Positions 47,758 through 55,162 of a DNA stretch of 59,320 nt are shown one piece after another; position 1 is the first letter of the stretch, and every line of letters begins with the position of its first letter. The notes beneath the pieces were generated by a model that did not search any database, had not been told where the DNA came from, and saw only the letters and a program-made list of their open reading frames with translations. Source of the DNA: Clostridia bacterium (lineage in GTDB: Bacteria; Bacillota; Clostridia; UBA1381); NCBI GenBank assembly GCA_045606465.1, contig JAZURZ010000056.1, positions 1 through 59,320 on the forward strand. The letters are read 5' to 3'. Both the position numbers and the translations under genes were made by a program.

Positions 47758-48631
47758 AGCCTAAACCTCCTAATTCGTATATAAATACCTCTTCTAAGGT
47801 GAGGGGAAGAATGTCGGATATAATGGGATTAGCATATTTGATTTTTGATAAAATATCCTCGGATTTTCCCTTAACTATTATCATATATACACTTCCGTAC
47901 TGCTCCTTGTGCAGAATATCAAGACTTTGCTCTAGGGCTTTCGGAAATTCATTGTTGAATGCAAGCTGTAGCTTGTGAATGTTACCCTTTACGTCATCTA
48001 AAGCCTTTTCCAAAACAAGCTTTCCCTTGTGCATAATTCCCACGTGGTCGCAGACATCTTCAAGTTCACGAAGATTGTGGCTGGAAACCAAAACTGTTGT
48101 GCCTCTTTCGGCAACATCAGAAAGCATAATTTTCCATACATTGCGGCGCATTACAGGGTCAAGACCGTCAACGGGCTCGTCTAAAAGCATTATTTCGGGC
48201 ATTGCAGAAACACTAAGCCAGAAGGAAACCTGCTTTTGCATACCCTTTGAAAGCTTTCTTGCGCGACGGGAGGTGTCAATTTTGAAAATCTCTTTAAGTG
48301 AGTTAAATCTTTCCCAATTCCAATTAGGGTAAATTCCTGCATAAAATTTTGCCATGTCAGCTATAGTGTAGGTTGAGAAAAAGAACAAATCGTCACTTAT
48401 TAAAACCAAATCTTTTTTTATGTTATTATTTTCAAAAATATTTTCGCCCTTTATTTTTATTTCTCCAAAATCCTGAGTGTAAATTCCCGCAAGGTGCTTT
48501 ATTATAGTGGTTTTGCCCGCACCATTGGGACCTATAAGACCATATACCGAGCCTTTTTTTACATTAAGGCTAAGATTGTCAAGGGCAGTAAAGCCATCAA
48601 AATTTTTTGAAAGATTTTTTACTTTTATCAT
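47732..48631 (-). CDS. ABC transporter ATP-binding protein
   Basis: Walker A GPNGAGKTT, signature LSKGMQK, Walker B LLDEPVDGLD and H-loop SSHN. Confidence 0.93.
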   Translation of the reverse strand: MIKVKNLSKNFDGFTALDNLSLNVKKGSVYGLIGPNGAGKTTIIKHLAGIYTQDFGEIKIKGENIFENNNIKKDLVLISDDLFFFSTYTIADMAKFYAGIYPNWNWERFNSLKEIFKIDTSRRARKLSKGMQKQVSFWLSVSAMPEIMLLDEPVDGLDPVMRRNVWKIMLSDVAERGTTVLVSSHNLRELEDVCDHVGIMHKGKLVLEKALDDVKGNIHKLQLAFNNEFPKALEQSLDILHKEQYGSVYMIIVKGKSEDILSKIKYANPIISDILPLTLEEVFIYELGGLGYEFENIIL

Positions 48632-48648
48632 GTTTTCACCCTTTCTTT

Positions 48649-49014
48649 TTAGTTGTTATAAAATTTGTGAATATGTGAAATGATTTTTTCTTCGCTTTCT
48701 CCGCAGAAGGAAAGTTTTTTCACAATAGAAGAAAGATTTTCATAAAGCTTGTCGGTGTCTATATGCTCTATAGCCTCCTTTTGCGATGCAACAAAGCTAC
48801 CCTTTGCACGCAGGGAGTATATAAAGCCTTCTGTTTCTAAATCCTTATATGCTTTTTGTATGGTGTTCGGATTTATTGCAAGTCTTGACGCAAGTTCGCG
48901 AACTGATGGAATTTTATCATTTTCAGATAACACACCCTTGACAATAAGCTCCTTTGTTTTTTCCTTGATTTGCTCATAAAGCGGACGATGGTCACCATAA
49001 TCAAGCTGGAACAT
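48649..49014 (-). CDS. GntR-family transcriptional regulator, YtrA subfamily
   Basis: 121 aa from ATG 49014 (AAGGAGG SD). wHTH motif PSVRELASRLAINPNTIQKAYKDLE with a short C-terminal helix pair. The track ORF start 49080 lacks an SD. Confidence 0.88.
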   Translation of the reverse strand: MFQLDYGDHRPLYEQIKEKTKELIVKGVLSENDKIPSVRELASRLAINPNTIQKAYKDLETEGFIYSLRAKGSFVASQKEAIEHIDTDKLYENLSSIVKKLSFCGESEEKIISHIHKFYNN

Positions 49015-49036
49015 AATAAGCCTCCTTTCTGTTCTA

Positions 49037-49080
49037 ACTGTATTAATACAAATAATACAGTATTTTTTAACTTTTGTCAA
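49037..49080 (-). promoter_or_regulatory. promoter of the GntR-ABC operon with overlapping palindromic operator
   Basis: The minus strand reads TTGACA (49080-49075), a 17-nt spacer, then TATTAT (49057-49052). Inverted repeat ACTGTATTA-N7-TAATACAGT at 49037-49061 fits the GntR GT..TA...TA..AC operator style. Confidence 0.6.
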
Positions 49081-49126
49081 TACTTTTTTTAAAATTTTTT
49101 TTGAATGTAATTTTTAACAAAAAAAG

Positions 49127-49230
49127 CGAACAAAATTTTGTTAAAAATGACGAAAATTTGTTCGAATAAAACTATTGACAACGAACAAACATTCTGCTAT
49201 AATAAAATCACAATCACGAACAAAGTTTCG
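49127..49230 (+). promoter_or_regulatory. cluster of LexA (Cheo) boxes around a consensus sigma-A promoter
   Basis: CGAACAAAATTTTG (49127-49140), CGAAAATTTGTTCG (49151-49164), CGAACAAACATTCT (49182-49195, inside the spacer) and CGAACAAAGTTTCG (49217-49230), compared with the consensus CGAAC-N4-GTTCG. TTGACA is at 49175-49180, a 17-nt spacer follows, and TATAAT is at 49198-49203. Confidence 0.65.
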
Positions 49231-49340
49231 TTTTCTTTGAAAAATATTTCTTCTGCAAAAATCAATGCCTTATGCAGAAAAAATAAAAATTAAAAGGTGC
49301 TCCTTTAAATATAGATGGAGCAGAAAGGTAGTGACTTGTT

Positions 49341-49643
49341 ATGAAAACTATGAAGAAAAAGAAAAGAACTGTTATAAAGAATAAAAGAAGATTTACAGCG
49401 TTTGTTATGTTTGTAATCATACTTACCTGCTGCGGATTTTCTTCGGTTAAAAATCATGTAAAAGGGGAGGACGTTGCCACTGTTTCAGTGTATGTAACCC
49501 CTGGGGATACCTTGTGGCAGATTGCAAAGGAAAACAATCCTGAAAACAAGGACATAAGAAGATTGGTTTATGAAATTAAGGAGCTTAATAATCTTAAAAC
49601 AAGTAATATCATAGTAGGCGAAGAAATATTAATTCCAGTATAA
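49341..49643 (+). CDS. yneA: YneA-like SOS cell-division inhibitor (TM + LysM)
   Basis: 100 aa with a basic N-terminus, TM segment FTAFVMFVIILTCCGF, and LysM YVTPGDTLWQIAKEN...LNNLKTSNIIVGEEILIP. LexA boxes lie upstream. Confidence 0.6.
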   Translation: MKTMKKKKRTVIKNKRRFTAFVMFVIILTCCGFSSVKNHVKGEDVATVSVYVTPGDTLWQIAKENNPENKDIRRLVYEIKELNNLKTSNIIVGEEILIPV

Positions 49644-49647
49644 TAAC

Positions 49648-49694
49648 AAAAGGCGCTGTTTAAAAACATAAAAAGTTTTAAACAGCGCCTTTTC
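49648..49694 (+). terminator. strong rho-independent terminator after the yneA-like gene
   Basis: AAAAGGCGCTGTTTAAAA / TTTTAAACAGCGCCTTTT, an 18-bp stem. Confidence 0.85.
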
Positions 49695-49721
49695 GGGGAT
49701 AGGTAAAAAAGAGGCAGAATG

Positions 49722-49809
49722 AACAAACTGAGCCAACAAAGCCATTTTAATGGCTTTGTTGGGTTACCCGAAAGCGTACTCTTGGTACGCCCCAGAGGCG
49801 AAGTTTGTT
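49722..49809. other. unassigned structured element (three-helix fold) in an ORF-free convergent gap
   Basis: AACAAACT (49722-49729) pairs with AGTTTGTT (49802-49809). This encloses a perfect 13-bp hairpin (49733-49762, loop TTTA) and a 6-bp hairpin GCGTAC/GTACGC (49774-49790). Confidence 0.4.
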
Positions 49810-50009
49810 TATAGCAAAAAGGAATAAATTATGAAGAAAAATCGAATATATGAGATTTTTCAACTAAATTTAAGATTTCTTTGATTTATACTTAATTCAA
49901 AACATTGTTTTTGTCACCTTTTTGCGTTCTGGACTTTTTTAACATCCCCCTTTGCTATTTAGAAAAGAAATATAAAAGAATAAAGTCATTTTTTTAATTT
50001 TGCCGAAAT

Positions 50010-52337
50010 TTATTTTTCGCAAATTAATAATTTTCCAGTTATATTTTCAAATTCAAAGTATCTGCCAAAATCAGATGAGTTTATTTCTTGTGCAGAAACT
50101 TCTTCGTTGTTATAATATGCATTTATCTTGTTTTTGGGGAAATATCTTATTAATGAATTTTCAAGACCAGATATTTCAGTTAAATTTTCATCAATTTTTC
50201 TAACGCTCACTTTACCTGATTCTTGTTCTACAAAAACTCTGCACTCTGCATTTTCCGAACGTGCGAAACGATATTTTGAGACTGAATTTGATATTTCGGT
50301 TTCAAAGTTATATAATATAGGTGCGCCCAGAGGAAAATGAAGATTCATTTCGACAGTAGTGTTTGGGGAATATACAGAAAAGATTTGAGCATTTTTGCAA
50401 CGATGTACTGTAAAGGCGGGAGTTCTTACGTCAGCATTATATTTTTTGTAATAGATTTTATATCCGAATTTTTCAATTACCTTTCTTAATAAAATTTCGC
50501 CTTTAACCGATTCTTTTGCACTGTCAGGAATGGGGTGACCGCCTTCGCGATGTTGTTTTGCACCAAGCAAGGCTCTGTACCACAAAGCGTTTTTATATTC
50601 GGCAGTTAAAGAATATCCTGAGAGTTTTATATCATTTTCCGAGTCTGTCAGAGTATTTACTATGCCATCTGACATAAATTCATTTATAATAACTTTATTT
50701 GCATATACACCATCATCATGTATATCGGGATAATATTTTCCCACAATTTCTGCCTCGTTTGAAATGCCTTGTGCTATATTTATCCTGAATTTGCTCAAAA
50801 AGAGTTCACTGGCGTTATCTAAAGAACCATAAAAAAGAACTTTTCCATTATTTTCAATGTAATTAAATATTTCTTTTTCAAATTTGCTTCCTTTTGAGGG
50901 GACAGGAGTTATTAATATTGTTTTTTTGTAAAGTTCTTTATTTGTTTTTATAAAATTATCACAAGATACAACAGAGTTTAAAGGAAAACCATTATTTATT
51001 GCCTGGCATATAAACCAATCTCCCGACATCATTTTTCTCAACATTTTTTCGTCATTAGTTGTTGTGAATTCCTGCATAGGATATACCCAAGTAAAAATTG
51101 CAGGCTCATCAGCAGCTTCTTTTTCTGCATTAAGAATATGAGGCAATGGTTCATTGACGCAAGAATCTGGCATATTACCGAAAGTATTGTCGATGCTCAA
51201 TATGTTAAAATAGCTTGCGGTCTGAGTTTTACCATTTTCATCTATTCTTGAAACAGCCATAGGCATATATATGTCATGCGGTCTTCCGTCGTATCGGTCA
51301 TACCATGGCGAGTTTACCCACCAAGGGTCGTGAATGTAATATCTGAACAAAAAATCTTCTCCAGGCAATTCACATATTCTTGACATATGTCCCATAAGCT
51401 CAAGTCCAAAATTGCCATCCATGGCTGCCCAGGGTGAATTTGGGGGAGGGAGCAAATTAAAGTTTGAATTGTATATGTCATACAAGCATACTGCATCTGT
51501 AGCATAGTCTATACCTACAGAATTATTTGTTCCTCTTGTTTCTATAAAATAATCGGGACATTCTTCTCTGAACAATTTCCAGAAATTAAATAATTTTTTC
51601 TTGGTTTCTTCAAGCTTCTCAACATGAAATTCGCAACCGTCAAATATTACTCCATTTGCATTCCATGGATTGGCAGAGAAACCTACTCCGTTGGAAAGCC
51701 ACAAAAAATCAAAGCCCATATCTTTAAGAAATATATTGACCTGTCTTCCGAAAAATGTTCCAAATGGAGTTTTGTCGGGAATTCCATTTGGAAAACCCGC
51801 ATAAGAATAATCGTCTCCATTTAAAACACCATATGAATTCAATAAAGACCGAAAGCCCATAGAAAATCCGCTGCAAATTTCTGGGTGTCTTTTGTATTTA
51901 AATTCTGATACTGCAAATTCAGGCCCCACATCAAAGGTTTCGCCTACTCTTATTTGGGAATTTGGAAAGAGTCTTTTTCCTTCTTCTTTTATTATTCGTA
52001 CAATGCTTTGTAAAATTCTATATGTCATTACTGGAGGATTGTCAACATACAATCTCTTTTTTTTGTGAAGGGAGGTTTCAAGGGGATCATCAGGTCTCGC
52101 AAAAGGATTACTTGCCCTTCCCATATACCTTGCCCATTCAAATTCTGCATCAATATTGCCTGAATAGTCCAATATTTCGCTTCCTTCTGCGGTCCAAAGC
52201 ATAATAGATATACTTTTTCTGTCTTTAAGAAGAGGATTCCATTGCCTGAATACATTCAATACGACCTTTTTTATGTATTCATCATCTGTTTTTAAAAAAG
52301 GCTTTAATGACATTTCCAATGTTATGTCTTTAAACAT
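50010..52337 (-). CDS. 775-aa cytoplasmic protein of unrecognised family (possibly glycoside hydrolase/phosphorylase-like)
   Basis: AAGGAGG SD before ATG 52337 (the track ORF opens at 52364). No signal peptide or TM segment. Last gene of the isomerase operon. Motifs FLWLSNGVGFS and HDPWWVNSPWYDRYDGRPHDIYMPM. Confidence 0.6.
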   Translation of the reverse strand: MFKDITLEMSLKPFLKTDDEYIKKVVLNVFRQWNPLLKDRKSISIMLWTAEGSEILDYSGNIDAEFEWARYMGRASNPFARPDDPLETSLHKKKRLYVDNPPVMTYRILQSIVRIIKEEGKRLFPNSQIRVGETFDVGPEFAVSEFKYKRHPEICSGFSMGFRSLLNSYGVLNGDDYSYAGFPNGIPDKTPFGTFFGRQVNIFLKDMGFDFLWLSNGVGFSANPWNANGVIFDGCEFHVEKLEETKKKLFNFWKLFREECPDYFIETRGTNNSVGIDYATDAVCLYDIYNSNFNLLPPPNSPWAAMDGNFGLELMGHMSRICELPGEDFLFRYYIHDPWWVNSPWYDRYDGRPHDIYMPMAVSRIDENGKTQTASYFNILSIDNTFGNMPDSCVNEPLPHILNAEKEAADEPAIFTWVYPMQEFTTTNDEKMLRKMMSGDWFICQAINNGFPLNSVVSCDNFIKTNKELYKKTILITPVPSKGSKFEKEIFNYIENNGKVLFYGSLDNASELFLSKFRINIAQGISNEAEIVGKYYPDIHDDGVYANKVIINEFMSDGIVNTLTDSENDIKLSGYSLTAEYKNALWYRALLGAKQHREGGHPIPDSAKESVKGEILLRKVIEKFGYKIYYKKYNADVRTPAFTVHRCKNAQIFSVYSPNTTVEMNLHFPLGAPILYNFETEISNSVSKYRFARSENAECRVFVEQESGKVSVRKIDENLTEISGLENSLIRYFPKNKINAYYNNEEVSAQEINSSDFGRYFEFENITGKLLICEK

Positions 52338-53595
52338 TTTTATAGACCTCCTTTTCGAGCCCATGACGAGGCATTGAGAAAACCATGGTTCCAGTTATGT
52401 TTCTTGCCTCAAGATATGTACCATTTTCAGATTCTACAAACTCATATTCAAATTCATCTGATTTTACCCAATGGTCTCCGACGGAATTAAGAACTGCTTT
52501 TACATTCTTTTTTGCATATTCTTCTCCAAAAAATCGTACGGTGGCATTTTCAAGACCATATACCATTACTCGTCTTCGGTACAAATAATTTACGGGCGCC
52601 TGCTCCTTGACACCAACCCAGCCATTTTTTTGCTCAACAAAGACTCTGCACTCCATATGCTCTGATTTTGTGAATTGGTAATTTGCCACACCATCAATGA
52701 TTTTTGCTTCAAATCCGCAAAATATGGGTGCACCTATAGGAAGCTTTATATTACTTTCAATAGTGGTATCAGGTGAATGAACTGACACAAATAATCCATT
52801 ATCAGCGCGGGAAAAAGCAAACTTATTTACGTCATTATTGTCTGAATATTTAAAAATATATCCTAAATCTTCAGCAACTTTGAAAATTTTTTTAAAATCA
52901 AAGTAATCCTTGTTGCATAATATAACCTTCCCATTGCTTTTAATGTAGTAATTGATTTGTTCTTTTAATTCATCTTCGGGATTTGATAGCATAAGCACGC
53001 TTTTGTTATATATTTTTTTATCACTTTCGATAAAATCATTTTTTTCGATAAAGGAGCTTATGGGGAAGCCTGAGTTTATAAGCTCCGATACAAAATTTTC
53101 TTCTTCCTTGCTTGAAAGTATCCATACAAAATCTGAAATGGTATCTGCAACATCTTTTTCTGCTTTTAAAATATCAGAAATGAATTGCAATATTTTTATA
53201 TCGTCTGAGTTGTCAATTATGAGTCTCATTATATCCCTACTGATAACTTGACCATTTTTGTTTATGCACGATACTCCCATAGGCATATAAATATCTTCTT
53301 TTTTTCCTTTTCTTGTATCAAAAGTAAAAATTGTTTTATAGTCAGGAAAATTTTTTTCATCATTTTGGTCGCCAAATAATATTTGAGAACAAGGGTATAA
53401 AAGCCGAACATCTTTGTCTATTTCACAAAGAGAGTTTTTGTTCTGAATATATTCTTTGGGTAATAAAATTGTTATTTGTTCTCTATTTTTCAAAAGAGGA
53501 TATAAAATATCTAATGTTTTGTTAATACATTGATTTATATTACTATAAAGATTTATTCTTTCAAGAGTTATATTTAAAAAAATTTTTGTAAACAT
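52330..53595 (-). CDS. 421-aa paralog of the downstream 775-aa protein lacking two internal blocks
   Basis: ATG 53595 follows an AGGAAG SD (the track ORF to 53718 would overlap the isomerase). It shares N-terminal, DIYMPM, SGFP, NGKV, SPDTT...LPIGAPI, ECRVFVEQ and NITG motifs with the neighbour. Confidence 0.65.
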   Translation of the reverse strand: MFTKIFLNITLERINLYSNINQCINKTLDILYPLLKNREQITILLPKEYIQNKNSLCEIDKDVRLLYPCSQILFGDQNDEKNFPDYKTIFTFDTRKGKKEDIYMPMGVSCINKNGQVISRDIMRLIIDNSDDIKILQFISDILKAEKDVADTISDFVWILSSKEEENFVSELINSGFPISSFIEKNDFIESDKKIYNKSVLMLSNPEDELKEQINYYIKSNGKVILCNKDYFDFKKIFKVAEDLGYIFKYSDNNDVNKFAFSRADNGLFVSVHSPDTTIESNIKLPIGAPIFCGFEAKIIDGVANYQFTKSEHMECRVFVEQKNGWVGVKEQAPVNYLYRRRVMVYGLENATVRFFGEEYAKKNVKAVLNSVGDHWVKSDEFEYEFVESENGTYLEARNITGTMVFSMPRHGLEKEVYKNV

Positions 53596-53606
53596 TTTTA
53601 TACTTC

Positions 53607-55052
53607 CTATCTTACAATTACACTTTCTATTCCAAGAATATCTGCAATTTTTTTGATTGTTTCGGCATGATGACCTACTCCTAATGCATAGTGATGTGTA
53701 GGTCCTTCCATAACCCATTTTTTTATAAAGCTTTTTGTAGTGGGATTGAAAAATCCTCTTGTGTTTGTGTTTCCGGTTGGAGGAATTGGTCCTTTTTTGG
53801 ATATGCCCTCGCCGATTACAAATTTAAAATTCCCATCAGCGGTTTGAGTAATGCCGAGCATTGTGATTGGACCTTCCTTTATTTTAAATTCAACTGAGGC
53901 TCCAGAACCAGGTTTTCCATGATATTTTTTAAGGCTTCTTAAAATAGGTTTTCCCTCTGCTATTTTCAAATGATGTGGACCATCGTGACCAACAAGAATG
54001 AAATCCTCTTTAAAATCAAAGGGATGAAATTCTGCAAAACTGCCACCAATTCCAAGCCTGTCCATAATAAGCATGGCTATACATGTTTTAATGTCAAATT
54101 CGCCGCACATGGGTATCCCTTGAGCATTAAGAATAGAGTTTCCTACAATGAGAGAGGTTGCAATGGTTCTTTGCAAGCTTCCTTCTTCGCCCTCATAATA
54201 GTAAGCAAAGCCTGTCAGATTATATTTTTTGATAAACTTATCCAATGCAACTGCACTTTTTGCTGCCTGATGCAAATCAGCATCGGTTAATTTTGAAGTG
54301 ATAGGGTCGGATATTGGGTCAGGCATATCAAATTCTTCACATATTACCTGCTTTTTTGCTTCAATTTCATCATCTGTTACAGTGTTATAAACTCTTACAA
54401 TATCATCAATTTCAAGTAGCGGAACATGCAGATTAAAAGCTCTCGATATTGCAGTCGGGTCAGAGTGCATATCATACATAGATTCAAGCACATGCCCCAT
54501 AAGTCCTATGCGTGCACCTTTTAAAGAACGTAAAACACGTGCGATATCGCACCATTGTTTTATTTCATTATCGGCATCTTCATCATCATAAAGGCAGCCT
54601 ATTATTACTCCGTCAATCTTTTTTTTCATTCTTATTGCAACTCCAGTAAATTCAGGGACAGAACAAATGTTGTCATTTTCAAGCTGCATTCGTGTATTTG
54701 CCATGGTATAGTCCATAGCCTGCCTTGGTTGCAGAGCAACAAGAACAAATGGTTTGTTTACTGCTTTTATAATAGGAGCAAAAACAGAGGAGGTTGCATA
54801 TGTAATCATGTTGCAAAAAACAACATCTACGTCGGAGGCTAATATCTTAGGAATTATTTCAAATGCTTTTTCGTTGCTGTCAATCATTCCAAAGTCTATA
54901 ACTTCAGAGCCTGTCGCCACAGTTTTGTCAATTGTAATTTTATGATATTGCATTAAGGTGTCCAACAATCCATCGAATTGCTCCCAATAAATTGAGTGTC
55001 CTACAGAGAAAAAACCAATTTTTCCGTCTTTGATTAATTTTCTTTCTAGCAT
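53607..55052 (-). CDS. L-arabinose isomerase-family sugar isomerase (substrate unknown)
   Basis: 481 aa from ATG 55052 (AGGAG SD). AraA/FucI-like motifs CGEFDIKT, SFAEFH, VGHDGPHH and THHYALGVGHH. Confidence 0.8.
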   Translation of the reverse strand: MLERKLIKDGKIGFFSVGHSIYWEQFDGLLDTLMQYHKITIDKTVATGSEVIDFGMIDSNEKAFEIIPKILASDVDVVFCNMITYATSSVFAPIIKAVNKPFVLVALQPRQAMDYTMANTRMQLENDNICSVPEFTGVAIRMKKKIDGVIIGCLYDDEDADNEIKQWCDIARVLRSLKGARIGLMGHVLESMYDMHSDPTAISRAFNLHVPLLEIDDIVRVYNTVTDDEIEAKKQVICEEFDMPDPISDPITSKLTDADLHQAAKSAVALDKFIKKYNLTGFAYYYEGEEGSLQRTIATSLIVGNSILNAQGIPMCGEFDIKTCIAMLIMDRLGIGGSFAEFHPFDFKEDFILVGHDGPHHLKIAEGKPILRSLKKYHGKPGSGASVEFKIKEGPITMLGITQTADGNFKFVIGEGISKKGPIPPTGNTNTRGFFNPTTKSFIKKWVMEGPTHHYALGVGHHAETIKKIADILGIESVIVR

Positions 55053-55080
55053 TTTTCTACTCCTTTTTATTCGATTTTTA

Positions 55081-55112
55081 TTGATTTTATCATTTTTATA
55101 TAGTATAATCAA
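55081..55112. promoter_or_regulatory. overlapping divergent promoters (AraC gene and isomerase operon)
   Basis: Plus strand: TTGATT (55081-55086), a 17-nt spacer, TATAAT (55104-55109). Minus strand: TTGATT (55112-55107), a 17-nt spacer, TAAAAT (55089-55084). Each -10 overlies the other's -35. Confidence 0.55.
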
Positions 55113-55162
55113 TTCATATAACGAAGATATATTTGTATAAAATAAAGTTTTTGGAGAAGAAA

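Noticed and set aside
49730-49770. Resemblance of GAGCC...hairpin...GGGTTAC to group II intron domain V, to an integron attC core (GTTGGGT fits GTTRRRY), or to a hammerhead core (CTGAG)
   Set aside because: For domain V, the stem is a perfect 13 bp with a TTTA loop, there is no 2-nt bulge or GNRA loop, and the basal pairing fails. For attC, the element is too short and no integrase is present. For a hammerhead, CTGAGCC does not satisfy CUGANGA and no GAAA junction is correctly placed.
53596-53718. N-terminal 41-codon extension of the 462-aa track ORF
   Set aside because: It would overlap the 3' end of the isomerase gene by 112 nt. An SD-preceded ATG at 53595 gives an N-terminus (MFTKIFLNITLE) that aligns with the paralog's MFKDITLEMSLK.
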